A stretch of DNA of 64,000 bases from an uncultured Bdellovibrionales bacterium (lineage in GTDB: Bacteria; Myxococcota; XYA12-FULL-58-9; JALHOP01). The stretch's first letter is position 1, and each line of letters opens with the position of its first letter. Where the stretch lies: assembly GCA_964484195.1 (NCBI GenBank), contig CAZAER010000001.1:1215754-1279753 (forward strand), written 5' to 3'. Under the pieces are notes generated by a model. It searched no databases and had not been told where the DNA came from. It saw nothing but the letters and a program-made list of their open reading frames with translations. Position numbers and translations under genes: made by a program. This document shows positions 9,814 to 19,317 of the stretch, in pieces.

Positions 9814-9816
9814 GCC

Positions 9817-10305
9817 ATGCTGCTCCTCATTCCTTTCCTGATCGCCTCCGCTCCCGAATGCGAGCCACTTCCCGTCCCGACGCGCGTCGACGTCTACGCT
9901 TACGACCTGATGTGGGACGCGAAGAAAATGCCCTGCATCCCCACCCACGAGAATTCGCAGTGCGACAAGACGAAGAAGCCTCTCAAGCTCACGAAGGCGA
10001 AGACCGAGAAGCTCAACGCCCTGCTCCGCAATAGCGGCAACTACCGCGGCCGCGAGCAAATGAAATGTTTCGAGCCGCGCCACACGCTCGTCTTCTATTA
10101 CGGATCGTCGGTCATCGATGTCTACGACGTCTGCCTGACCTGCCACAACGTCGAGGTAGCCGGCAGCAACCCCTTCGTCGGCTGTGAGCCGCCCCAAGAG
10201 GGCGCGCAGACCCGCTTCACCTTTACCTACGAGGCGTACGACGAGCTGCGGGCGGCCTTGGTCGCGGCGAAGGTGAAGTACATCCCATCCGACACGAAAG
10301 AGTGA
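9817..10305 (+). CDS. Small secreted Cys-containing protein.
   Basis: The ATG lies 3 nt after the upstream stop, so the two are translationally coupled. The signal peptide is MLLLIPFLIASAPECEP. The product has 8 Cys and is Lys-rich, which is atypical for this genome. Confidence 0.6.
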   Translation: MLLLIPFLIASAPECEPLPVPTRVDVYAYDLMWDAKKMPCIPTHENSQCDKTKKPLKLTKAKTEKLNALLRNSGNYRGREQMKCFEPRHTLVFYYGSSVIDVYDVCLTCHNVEVAGSNPFVGCEPPQEGAQTRFTFTYEAYDELRAALVAAKVKYIPSDTKE

Positions 10306-10313
10306 TCGGATAT

Positions 10314-11693
10314 CTAGAGGGACTGCAAAACCGCGGCGATCTCCGCGACGCTCCCCGGCCGCTTCCGCGGATCGCGGTCGAGGCAGCGCAAGATCATCGT
10401 GTCGAGGTCCCTCGGAACACCCTTCCCGACCACCGCGCTCGGAGGCTTGGGGGCGTCGCTGACTTGCCGCAGGATCATCTCGGCCCAGCCGTTCGCTTTG
10501 AACGGCAGCTCACCCGCGATCATCGAGAAGAGCACCACTCCCAAGCTGTAGATGTCCGAGCGCGCATCGACTTGCTCGCCCATGAGCTGCTCGGGCGCCA
10601 TGTAGCCGGGGGTGCCGACCACCTCGCCAACCAGGGTCCGCGGACCGCCGTCGAGCGTCGTATCGAGGCGGAGCTTTGCGATACCGAAATCGAGCAGCTT
10701 CACGTAGTCGGTCAAACCCGCGGTGCGCACCAGCATGATGTTCTGCGGCTTGAGGTCGCGGTGCACGATACCCGCCCGATGCACCGCATCCAACGCACCG
10801 CAGAGCTGTCGCGCGATTGCCGCGATCCGCGATAACGGAAATCGTCCCTTGGCATTGAGCTCTTGGCTCAGCGTCTGACCGACCAAGAGCTCCATCACGA
10901 TGAACACGTGGTCGTCACCCACCACGAGGTCGGTGATCTGGACGATGTTGTCGTGGGAGATCTGATTCACCAACCGCGCTTCATCGTAGAAGCGACGCAA
11001 CGCCGCGCGGTCGTGGATGTGCTCTTGTTTGAGCAGCTTCAACGCGACCTTGCGGCCCAGCAGCGTGTGCTGCGCCAGGAAGACATCGCCCATGCCGCCC
11101 GACCCGATGCGCTCGACGACGGTGTAGCGCCCGAGCTTGTCGCCCTTCTTCACGAAGCGCGGCACATCGGGCGCGGGAGGCGGCGGAGGCACGAGAGCGA
11201 TGGGCGGCGGGGGCGGCGGCTTCACTGCCGGCATCGCGGCAGTCACCGCCGACGGCGCAACGGTCCGCATCTTGGCAACCGGAGGCAAAGGAGGCGGCGT
11301 CTCCACCGCCACCATCGACCAGCGAGGCTGACTGTTGCTCTGATGGGTCGAGAGCTCGTCGAGGTACGCTTTGAGCTCACCGTGCATGTGCGCGTCGATG
11401 CCGACGAAGCGCATGCCCATCCCCGAAGGCCGGTTGCGGGTGGAGTCGTTCGGGTCACGCGTCCAGACCACCTGGACGCGACTCGTAATCTCGAGCGACG
11501 GCCCGAATGCTCCAGGCAGCACGATATCGACGTCGAAGACAGCGCCCGGCCGCAATAGCGGCGCCCCGGAGACGAACATCCCGGTTTCGCTGATGTTGAT
11601 GGCGCTCCAATCAGGGCGCTGTTTGGCGGCCCGTGGCACCACAGGGGCAAGCACCGACCAGCGAGGCGCGGGCTTGACCGCAGACAGGCTCAT
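10314..11693 (-). CDS. PilZ-domain Ser/Thr protein kinase (a c-di-GMP receptor fused to a kinase).
   Basis: The N-terminal PilZ carries R..R and NISETGMFVSG-type motifs. It is followed by a Pro-rich linker and a full Hanks kinase (GSGGMGDVFLA, VALK, HRDLKPQNI, DFGIAK, APE). The GGAGGG Shine-Dalgarno site sits before the ATG at 11693. Confidence 0.85.
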   Translation of the reverse strand: MSLSAVKPAPRWSVLAPVVPRAAKQRPDWSAINISETGMFVSGAPLLRPGAVFDVDIVLPGAFGPSLEITSRVQVVWTRDPNDSTRNRPSGMGMRFVGIDAHMHGELKAYLDELSTHQSNSQPRWSMVAVETPPPLPPVAKMRTVAPSAVTAAMPAVKPPPPPPIALVPPPPPAPDVPRFVKKGDKLGRYTVVERIGSGGMGDVFLAQHTLLGRKVALKLLKQEHIHDRAALRRFYDEARLVNQISHDNIVQITDLVVGDDHVFIVMELLVGQTLSQELNAKGRFPLSRIAAIARQLCGALDAVHRAGIVHRDLKPQNIMLVRTAGLTDYVKLLDFGIAKLRLDTTLDGGPRTLVGEVVGTPGYMAPEQLMGEQVDARSDIYSLGVVLFSMIAGELPFKANGWAEMILRQVSDAPKPPSAVVGKGVPRDLDTMILRCLDRDPRKRPGSVAEIAAVLQSL

Positions 11694-11819
11694 TCCAGTC
11701 CCTCCGCCACTCCCCCGCCCCCCACGACGACTGGAGTCGGCGCCGATCTCTCGTCGACGCTAGGAATCGTATCAGCGCCTTGGGTCCGTGCAACCCGACC
11801 GTACCTGACGGCGCGGCAA

Positions 11820-13154
11820 TCAGGGACTGAGCCGCGGAACGGCAAATCCGGGTCCTGGCCGGCCCCACAGGAAGCCTTGAGCCAAACGGACGCCGAGCTC
11901 GACCACTGTGGCACGTTCCTCATCCTTCTCGATGCCCTCGGCTACGACTTTCGCGCCGATGTCTTCGGACGCAACCAGCAAGCTTCGGACCAAAGCACGC
12001 TTGGCCCGCTCGATGTGGACGTCACGAACCAGGGACATATCCAGCTTCAGGTAGTCGGGCTGCAGGCGCACGACGTGCGTGAGGTTCGCATAACCGGCGC
12101 CGACGTCGTCGATGGCTAAGCGCGCCCCGGCGTTACGGAGGTCGGAGAGTCCACGCTCGAGGAGCTCGTAGTTGCGGACAGCGACACTCTCGCTCAGCTC
12201 GATGACGATGCGACTCGGCGGAATGGCGCCTTCTTCCGACTCGAGCAATGCCTCGCGGAAGCGCGGGTCGTTGACGAGACCCGGCGTGACATTGAGGAAC
12301 AGGTCCGCTCCAGCGGGCAAGTCGGTGGCGCTCTCCATGGCGCAGCGGAAACATGCGCGCAGCATCTCGCCGCTCAGCTTGGCGGTGCTCGCGAGATGAA
12401 AGAGCGCGGCCGGCATCTCGAAGCCGGCGTCGGTCGGCCCGCGCACCAGTGCTTCGTAGCCGTGCACCCCTCCATCATGGAGATCGATGACCGGCTGGAA
12501 GAACATGCGGAGCTGCTCATTGATGAGAATGTCGCGCAGACGCTCGCGTGCTCGCGCGGCGACATGGAGCTCTTGGCTCGCGGCGATGCGCCGCGCTTCA
12601 TCGAGCCCGCGGTAGACCAGTCGCTCCGGCTGCACCATGGCATTCGAGAGCACCAAGGCGAAGCCGACACGCGGCGCCGCCGTGATCCCGAAGGGCGAGA
12701 GCACAGCAGCAAGCCGCGCCATGAACGCCACGTGGATGCGCGCCGCAACCTGCTCGAGCTCGCGGTGCGAGAAGTCGCCGCCGCGACGCGGCCCCTCGAG
12801 GAAAAACGCGATCTGCTCGCCGTACGGCATGACCGTGCAGAGCAGATCGCCGCTGCCCAGCACCTCGCTGCGCAACGCCCCGGCCTCGCGTGCGACCTTG
12901 CCCAACAGCTCGTTGTACGCGGAGCGCCCGAACTCCATCTCGACCGAGCCGAAGGGCTCGAGGTCGATGAGCACGATGCCGAGATACCCGAGCGTCTCGA
13001 GCAAGACGTGCACGTCGTGCGTGATGGCGTGCAGCGGTGGGAGATGCGTCGCGCTATCGAGCTCTACCCGTTCACGGTCGGTCACCGGAACGACACCTGC
13101 CACGCCCTTTGCCACGCTGAACCTCACACGCCCGAAGCCTCGCCCCACGAACAA
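11820..13154 (-). CDS. EAL-domain c-di-GMP phosphodiesterase with an N-terminal degenerate GGDEF-like domain.
   Basis: EAL-domain signature motifs are present (YEALVR, DDVGAGYANL, EGIE). The N-terminal roughly 200 aa resembles a GGDEF fold in which SGDLL replaces the GGDEF motif. It sits immediately upstream of the PilZ-kinase on the same strand. Confidence 0.8.
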   Translation of the reverse strand: MFVGRGFGRVRFSVAKGVAGVVPVTDRERVELDSATHLPPLHAITHDVHVLLETLGYLGIVLIDLEPFGSVEMEFGRSAYNELLGKVAREAGALRSEVLGSGDLLCTVMPYGEQIAFFLEGPRRGGDFSHRELEQVAARIHVAFMARLAAVLSPFGITAAPRVGFALVLSNAMVQPERLVYRGLDEARRIAASQELHVAARARERLRDILINEQLRMFFQPVIDLHDGGVHGYEALVRGPTDAGFEMPAALFHLASTAKLSGEMLRACFRCAMESATDLPAGADLFLNVTPGLVNDPRFREALLESEEGAIPPSRIVIELSESVAVRNYELLERGLSDLRNAGARLAIDDVGAGYANLTHVVRLQPDYLKLDMSLVRDVHIERAKRALVRSLLVASEDIGAKVVAEGIEKDEERATVVELGVRLAQGFLWGRPGPGFAVPRLSP

Positions 13155-13303
13155 CTCATGCTATCCCGCCGGCGGTCTCGGCGCTACCTGGGGCCGTCGG
13201 CGGGGCGGTGGAGGATGTGGGTGTCAGTTTCCGCGCAACAAAGCGCCTGACCCTGTGTCTACCGGATGGGCTGGCCCAACCAGCTCAAAAGGAGACACAC
13301 CTC

Positions 13304-15070
13304 ATGAGACACGTAACACGCCTCCTCTTGTTCATCCTGAGCGTGGCGACGACCATCGGCTGTGGCCGCTCGGAGCAGGGTCCAGAAGATGAGGCCATCG
13401 TCGACGACGTCGAGCCCATCGACGGCGCGAGCCCTACATCACTCACGGAGATTTCGGGCCTCACCTGCAACCTGAAGACCGACCTCAACGTTTACGCGAC
13501 GCCCGGTAACGCGCGCCCAGGCTATCTGCAAACGACGACCGATCCGGTGTTTGGCACGAAGGTCACGCGCATCACGGGTGATGTCGGTGCGTCGATTCCG
13601 ACGATCGGTGGCAACTGGGGCGACGTCGTGCGCCACCACTACTCCAAAGATCAGCCATGGAACGCCGACCAAACGCTGATCTATCTCGACACGAACTCCG
13701 CGGGACCGCCGGACTTGTTTCTCGACGGCTCGAGCTATCAGCCGCTGTTCACGCGTCAGCGTCCGTATCAATCCGACATCCGCTGGCACAACACGAACGC
13801 CGACGTGATGATCTACGTCGCGGGCAACGTCTTCGGGTATTGGAACGTGCGCACCGACGTGAAGAGCGTGGTGCGGACCTTCAGCGGCTACTCGGGCTTC
13901 ACGCTCGGCGGCTTCGAGGGGAACTCCTCCGAAGACAACACCAAGGTGCTGATCGACGGCTACGACGGCAGCGGAAATCACGTGGCGTTCGCGTACGACT
14001 ACGTGAGCAACGTGAAGTATCCCGACGTCTCCGAGTCCCGCGCCGGAATCGCATTCAGCGGCGGAACCATTTCGGCCAAGGGGCAATACCTGGTGGTCGG
14101 CGATGACGACGAGACCAGCGTCGTGCTCGATCTCCAAGGCAACGTCGTGCAGCGTTGGCCCGCAGGACGTCCCAGTCACTTCGACATGGCGATCGACGCG
14201 AACGGAGATGACGTCGCCGTCGGCGTGTCCAAAGACAACCCTGACGCCGGCCGGGTCATCAAGCGGCGCTTGCGCGACGGTCAGGTCACGGTGCTCACGC
14301 AAGGCGGTTGGGCGAGCCACTCCTCGACGCGCAACGCGCTGCTCCATGGCTGGGCGGTCTCGGACTACAACCAGAACAACAGCGCCTGGAACCCGTATGT
14401 GGGCGAGGTCGACCTCATCAGCTTGGCAGGCAACACGGTCTACCGCTTGGCCCACCACCACAACGTCGGCGAAGACGTCGACTACGAGTCACAGACGCAC
14501 GCGACGCCGTCGCGCGACGGCCTGCGCGTCATGTTCGACAGCAGCTGGGGCAAGTCGTCGTTCCGACCAGTGTCGGCGTACGTCGTCGACCTGCGCTCGA
14601 GCTGCACATACGGAACGCAACCGCCGCCGCCGCCGCCACCACCGACGCCCGCAGGCACGCTCCTCCAGAACGGCGGTTTCGAGATGGGTCTCAACGGCTG
14701 GACCTCGTGGGCGAGCAGCAGAACGGTCATGAGTCCGGCGTACGCTGGAGCGTACGCGTTGCGTGTCGGCTTGAGCGATGGAGGTGTGTATCAAGACGTG
14801 ACCTCCAAGCTCACTGCCGGAGCTGCGCACCAGTTGTCGTTCGTCGCGCGGTTCGGTGGCACTGGCCAGTACGCCGACATCGGCATCGAGCTCTTCGACG
14901 CCGCCGGCAACGTGGTCTTCGACCGACACGCGAGCCCGAGCGGGACCACCTGGACGCGGCAGACGGTGTCGTTCACACCGCCGGCGGGAGCGGTTTCGGC
15001 ACTGGTCTACGTGTGGCGGCCGACTGGCACCAAGTACCTCTACGTCGACGACATCACTCTGACGCGCTAG
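13304..15070 (+). CDS. Lipoprotein with a C-terminal carbohydrate-binding-module-like domain (CBM4/9-like).
   Basis: AAGGAG precedes the ATG at 13304. The lipobox is LLFILSVATTIGCG. A PPPPPPPP linker is followed by QNGGFE..GW.. (CBM-like). The ORF-track start at 13208 lacks a signal peptide. Confidence 0.7.
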   Translation: MRHVTRLLLFILSVATTIGCGRSEQGPEDEAIVDDVEPIDGASPTSLTEISGLTCNLKTDLNVYATPGNARPGYLQTTTDPVFGTKVTRITGDVGASIPTIGGNWGDVVRHHYSKDQPWNADQTLIYLDTNSAGPPDLFLDGSSYQPLFTRQRPYQSDIRWHNTNADVMIYVAGNVFGYWNVRTDVKSVVRTFSGYSGFTLGGFEGNSSEDNTKVLIDGYDGSGNHVAFAYDYVSNVKYPDVSESRAGIAFSGGTISAKGQYLVVGDDDETSVVLDLQGNVVQRWPAGRPSHFDMAIDANGDDVAVGVSKDNPDAGRVIKRRLRDGQVTVLTQGGWASHSSTRNALLHGWAVSDYNQNNSAWNPYVGEVDLISLAGNTVYRLAHHHNVGEDVDYESQTHATPSRDGLRVMFDSSWGKSSFRPVSAYVVDLRSSCTYGTQPPPPPPPPTPAGTLLQNGGFEMGLNGWTSWASSRTVMSPAYAGAYALRVGLSDGGVYQDVTSKLTAGAAHQLSFVARFGGTGQYADIGIELFDAAGNVVFDRHASPSGTTWTRQTVSFTPPAGAVSALVYVWRPTGTKYLYVDDITLTR

Positions 15071-15794
15071 CGAGCACGCGCGACAGAGTCAGATCGACCT
15101 GGCTCTCGACCATGGCCAAGAGGCTGTCGAGAGCTCGGTCGTCGACCATGAGCTGATGACGCAGGCGTGCACGGGTCTCGTTCACCATGTCCGTGCGCGC
15201 CTGCGTGATCCAGCGGCTGACTGTCGACGCATTCACGCGTTGCAGCTTGCCGATGGCACGTACGGTGAGACCGTCGACGAAATGCAATCGAAGTATCGCC
15301 CGTTGGTCGCGTGGCAAGCGCAGCAGCACCGCCTCGAGCACCTCCCGGAGCAGTCCGCCGTAGCGTCGCTTGAAGTAGTCGAGCTCGGGATCCGCTGTAG
15401 CTGCTGGTACGTTGCCCTGCTCCCGATCTGCAGCGACGAAAGCGGCATGTCCACGGCGAAGGTTTTGAGCGACACGCATCGCGGTCACGCGAAGCCAGCC
15501 TCCCAAGGGGCCACCGCCGCGATAGCTCGCAATCTTGGGTGGCGAGTCGGGGGTCCCCACGAAGAGCTTCTCGCGCAGCTGGCTCTTCACCTCATCGGCG
15601 AAGGCGACTGACGCATCGATGCGCGCGACGTACCCTGCGACCTTCGCCATGTGCTGCTCTTCGAAGACGGCGAGAGCTTGGGCGTCACCACGCGCGCATG
15701 CGGCTGCGAGCTCGAGGTCATGCGCGTGGTCGCCCCCCGCTTCGCTATCGCCTTTTCTTTTCGAGCCCACCCTGGAAAAATACAGGAGGGCCAT
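15054..15794 (-). CDS. ECF-type RNA polymerase sigma factor.
   Basis: Sigma-70 region 2 (HDLELAAACARGDAQALAVFEEQH) and a region-4 HTH (LTVRAIGKLQRVNASTVSRWI) are both present. The start is uncertain: an ATG at 15794 overlaps the kinase ATG on the opposite strand, and a GTG lies slightly downstream. Confidence 0.75.
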   Translation of the reverse strand: MALLYFSRVGSKRKGDSEAGGDHAHDLELAAACARGDAQALAVFEEQHMAKVAGYVARIDASVAFADEVKSQLREKLFVGTPDSPPKIASYRGGGPLGGWLRVTAMRVAQNLRRGHAAFVAADREQGNVPAATADPELDYFKRRYGGLLREVLEAVLLRLPRDQRAILRLHFVDGLTVRAIGKLQRVNASTVSRWITQARTDMVNETRARLRHQLMVDDRALDSLLAMVESQVDLTLSRVLASASE

Positions 15795-17067
15795 GGCGGA
15801 GCAACTCCCACAGCATTGCCTGCAAAGCGACACGATCCAGGGCTTCGTCGAGGGCTGGATCCGCGATGCCTCTTACGACCGGGCCCGCGAGCACATCGAG
15901 CGTTGCAGCGAGTGCCGCGCCTTGGTGGTGGCGGCGGCGCGCACCTACACGACGTCCGGTACCGGCACCCCACCGGGCGTGAGCGCGTCCGCGCCAGCGA
16001 TCACGTCGGCGCGCTACGAGATCAGCGCTCTCATCGGCGCGGGTGGCATGGGCGTCGTCTACCAGGCCTATGACGTGCAGCTGCAGCGGAAAGTGGCGCT
16101 CAAGGTCCTCCATTCGAGCCCCAGCGGCGACGCGTCGTCTGCCCAAGCGCGCCTGCTGCGGGAAGCGCGCGCCATGGCTCAGCTATCGAATCCCAACGTC
16201 GTTCACGTGTACGACGTCGGCGCATTCGACGATCAAGTGTTCATCGCCATGGAGCTCGTCGAGGGCGAGACCTTGCGGCAATGGCTGCGTCGTACACCAC
16301 GCGCTGCACCTCACGTCGCTGCCGTGCTCATCGACGCTGGGCGCGGCTTGGCGGCGGCGCACGGCGCGGGCCTCGTGCATCGTGACTTCAAGCCGGACAA
16401 CGTGCTCATCGGCCGCGATGGCAGAGCGCGCGTGACCGACTTCGGCGTAGCGCGTGAGCTCTCACTCACCGAGACCGAAGCCGGCGGGGTCGTCGGCACA
16501 CCGGCGTACATGTCGCCCGAGCAGTTTCTCGGCAAAGCGGTGGACGCGCGTGCCGATCAGTTCAGCTTCTGCGTCGCCTTCTACGAGTCGATCTACGGCG
16601 CCCGGCCGTTTGCCGGTGTGACACCGGCGGAGATCAAACGCGCGGTGCTAGCGCGCGAGCTTCAGCTACCCGACGGCGGCGATCCACGTTTGCTCGCGAT
16701 CCTGCGGCGCGGGCTCAGCGGCGAGCCTTCCGACCGCTATAGCGGCATGGACACATTACTCGCCGACCTCGCGGCAATCCGTTACGAGCCGCGCAGCAAA
16801 CAGCGGCGGCGTCTCGTGGTCGGCGCCATCGTGCTGGCGTTGATGACCGCGCTCGGCGTCGGGGCTTGGCTCGCGCACGCACCGTCCGCTATCGAGACGT
16901 CGATTGCCCCACTCCCCGTCGAGCCGACAGCCGAGATCGCACCAGTGGTTACGCCCATCAATAAGGCGTCACCGCCACCACGCCGGAAGGTGAAAGACGT
17001 TCACCCGGCCAAACCAACGGCCAAGCCGCTCCATGAGGACGACTTGCTCCCATTCGAGAAGAAATGA
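15793..17067 (+). CDS. Ser/Thr protein kinase with an N-terminal zf-HC2 anti-sigma-like zinc finger and a C-terminal TM helix and Pro-rich tail.
   Basis: AGGAGGG precedes the ATG at 15793. The first roughly 45 aa carry HIERCSECR (H-x3-C-x2-C). The kinase motifs [27 protein letters not shown] and SPEQ are all present. Confidence 0.85.
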   Translation: MAEQLPQHCLQSDTIQGFVEGWIRDASYDRAREHIERCSECRALVVAAARTYTTSGTGTPPGVSASAPAITSARYEISALIGAGGMGVVYQAYDVQLQRKVALKVLHSSPSGDASSAQARLLREARAMAQLSNPNVVHVYDVGAFDDQVFIAMELVEGETLRQWLRRTPRAAPHVAAVLIDAGRGLAAAHGAGLVHRDFKPDNVLIGRDGRARVTDFGVARELSLTETEAGGVVGTPAYMSPEQFLGKAVDARADQFSFCVAFYESIYGARPFAGVTPAEIKRAVLARELQLPDGGDPRLLAILRRGLSGEPSDRYSGMDTLLADLAAIRYEPRSKQRRRLVVGAIVLALMTALGVGAWLAHAPSAIETSIAPLPVEPTAEIAPVVTPINKASPPPRRKVKDVHPAKPTAKPLHEDDLLPFEKK

Positions 17068-17783
17068 AAGCCGTATGGTTGGCGTGCGTGCTGCTCTTGC
17101 AGGTCGCTGCGACTGCGATGGCGGACACCAAGGCACGACGCGCCGAGCAGCTCTACGACGAAGGAGCGCGCTTCTATAACCTCGCGCAGTACGACCAAGC
17201 GATCGACGCCTTCCAACAAGCCTATCTGCTTTCGGGGCAGACGAGCCTCCTGTTCAACATCGCGCAGGCCGCACGGCAGGCGAATCGCTGCGCTGAGGCC
17301 ACCACCGCGTATCGCAACTACTTGCGCGCCGAGCCCGACGCTGCCAATCGCGACACCGTCGAGCGTCACATCGCCGAGATGGAAGCGTGCACGGAGGCCG
17401 CGGCGCGCCTCACGACGCCGCCGCCAGCACCACCGCCCACCGTCGCCGCAACGCCGCGACCCGCCGTCGAGCCTCCGCCCGCGAGCGTCTCTCCCTGGGT
17501 GTGGGGTCTTGGCGCCGGCGGCATCGCTCTGGCAGCAGGCGGCACTGCTTTGCTCGTGTCGACTTCGTCGAGCCTCGACGCCTGCAGTCCCCGCTGCTCT
17601 CCCGACCGCGTCGACGACCTGCGTGTGCGTGCTGGCGTCGGCTACGGACTGCTGGGCGGCGCTGGCCTGTCGCTCGCGGCCGCGGCTTGGCTATGGCTGC
17701 GGCCACCTGGACGCGATAACGAACAGCCGCCGGTCACGGTCTCGCTACACCCACGCGGTATCGCGGTTTGGAGCAGCTTTTGA
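17064..17783 (+). CDS. TPR-repeat protein with a signal peptide and a C-terminal TM segment.
   Basis: There is an ATGA overlap with the kinase stop. The signal peptide is [20 protein letters not shown]-like helix pair (YDQAIDAFQQAYLL) is followed by a Pro-rich linker. Confidence 0.7.
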   Translation: MKAVWLACVLLLQVAATAMADTKARRAEQLYDEGARFYNLAQYDQAIDAFQQAYLLSGQTSLLFNIAQAARQANRCAEATTAYRNYLRAEPDAANRDTVERHIAEMEACTEAAARLTTPPPAPPPTVAATPRPAVEPPPASVSPWVWGLGAGGIALAAGGTALLVSTSSSLDACSPRCSPDRVDDLRVRAGVGYGLLGGAGLSLAAAAWLWLRPPGRDNEQPPVTVSLHPRGIAVWSSF

Positions 17784-18568
17784 GAGCGCTGCTCCTCATA
17801 ACGCTTGCGTTGTGCGGGTGCTTCGACTTCGCGGGCGCGGGACGATGCTTTGGACCCGATGCTGCATGTGCGAGCGACGGCATACTCCTGTGCGACGGCC
17901 AGCCGTCACGCTGCAGCGGATCGAGCGCCGCCTTCTGTGACGGTTTCGACGACACGGTATTGAGCCCAGCTTGGTACGCTTATCCATCGCCGGCGGGGGC
18001 GAGCGTGACCCCCGATGCCGACCGCGCCTGTCGTGGCGACGCGTCTCTGCACGTGCACCTCGAAGCGGCGGCCGCGGGCGAGTCACCGCGCATGATCATC
18101 GAAGAAACTCAGAGCGACCAGCCCGTGCCGCTTGCGAACCGATGGGTCCGCGCCTTCGTCTTCTTGCCGTCGAGCTCGGTGACCCCTGCGCTGAATCGCT
18201 TGCTCATCGTCGGTCAGGTGGCAGCGCCGTACCGCCAAGTGGAGCTCGGCGTCACCGCGGGGAAGCTCGCGATCACCTCGGAGCTGGGCGGGCTACCGGT
18301 GACGGTCTCGACTACCGCGCTGCCGACCGATCGGTGGACGTGTGTCGTCTTCGCGCTCGAGCAAGGGTCACCCGGCGCACTACGCGCCACGCTCGACGAC
18401 GACGCGGTCGAGGATCTCCAAGTCACCGGCGAGACCAACCCAGCACCGGCGCTCGCAAGCGTTCGCATCGGCGTGGCCTTCGATCAATTGGCCGCCGACC
18501 AAGGAGCGATCGATCTCTGGATCGACGAGATCGTCATCGACGACGCGCCCCTCGACTGCTTGGACTGA
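17768..18568 (+). CDS. Lipoprotein, hypothetical.
   Basis: The lipobox is LITLALCGC. The 266-aa ORF has balanced composition. Confidence 0.6.
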   Translation: MEQLLRALLLITLALCGCFDFAGAGRCFGPDAACASDGILLCDGQPSRCSGSSAAFCDGFDDTVLSPAWYAYPSPAGASVTPDADRACRGDASLHVHLEAAAAGESPRMIIEETQSDQPVPLANRWVRAFVFLPSSSVTPALNRLLIVGQVAAPYRQVELGVTAGKLAITSELGGLPVTVSTTALPTDRWTCVVFALEQGSPGALRATLDDDAVEDLQVTGETNPAPALASVRIGVAFDQLAADQGAIDLWIDEIVIDDAPLDCLD

Positions 18569-18570
18569 AG

Positions 18571-19317
18571 CTAGTCCGGCGTGCCAGGCGATTCGAGATA
18601 GGCCGCCTCGAAAAAAGGCTCGAGCTCACCCAGCGCGTCGGTGATGGAGAACGCGCCACCCTCGGTGAATAGGTCGAGGCGCACGAGTGCGTTGGCGTTC
18701 GCGTCTTGGGTCGCCGCGGATCGGATGGCGCGTGCGATGTGCACGTTCACCTGATGCACCGAGCGATAGATGTCTTTGAGCCCTGCGAGCGAAAAGTCGG
18801 CGTCGAGGCCGCGGCGCCCGCGCATGAGCTGCGCCAAGAGATACATCGATGCCGCGCGATAGATGGTCTCCTGGCGGTCGGCGAGCGGTAGGTGAAAACG
18901 CACCATCGGCCGCAGCTTGTCCATCGTCGGACAACCCGACGATACCATGTAGATGCCGGTCAAGGAGCTCAACGCGCCCTGCAATGCAGCTTCGGATTGA
19001 TAGGTTCGCTGCGCCGTCGTCACGGTCAACGCCACCCTCTCGTACGACACGCGGTGACCGAGCTTTTCGATGAGCTCCACCAAGCTCACGGCGACGGGAC
19101 AATGCGTATCGCCGCGCTGCTTTAGCGGACAACCAGGGCAGCCGATGGCCTCGAGTCGGGTCCACTCGGGGAGCGTGGGCTCACTCGTGCGCAGCAATGC
19201 GAGCGTTCGCGGATGCAGGCGTGGGTTGACGCGAACCACGGTGCCGTCGCCGAAGGTGAAGGTGTATGCGATCGAGATAGGCTGCTCGTTCTGCATGAGG
19301 CTTCGAGCATAGCTCAC
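18571..19317 (-). CDS. Hypothetical protein.
   Basis: The 248-aa ORF has a GTG start at 19317 preceded by a G-rich Shine-Dalgarno site. An alternative ATG lies at 19296. Confidence 0.55.
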   Translation of the reverse strand: MSYARSLMQNEQPISIAYTFTFGDGTVVRVNPRLHPRTLALLRTSEPTLPEWTRLEAIGCPGCPLKQRGDTHCPVAVSLVELIEKLGHRVSYERVALTVTTAQRTYQSEAALQGALSSLTGIYMVSSGCPTMDKLRPMVRFHLPLADRQETIYRAASMYLLAQLMRGRRGLDADFSLAGLKDIYRSVHQVNVHIARAIRSAATQDANANALVRLDLFTEGGAFSITDALGELEPFFEAAYLESPGTPD

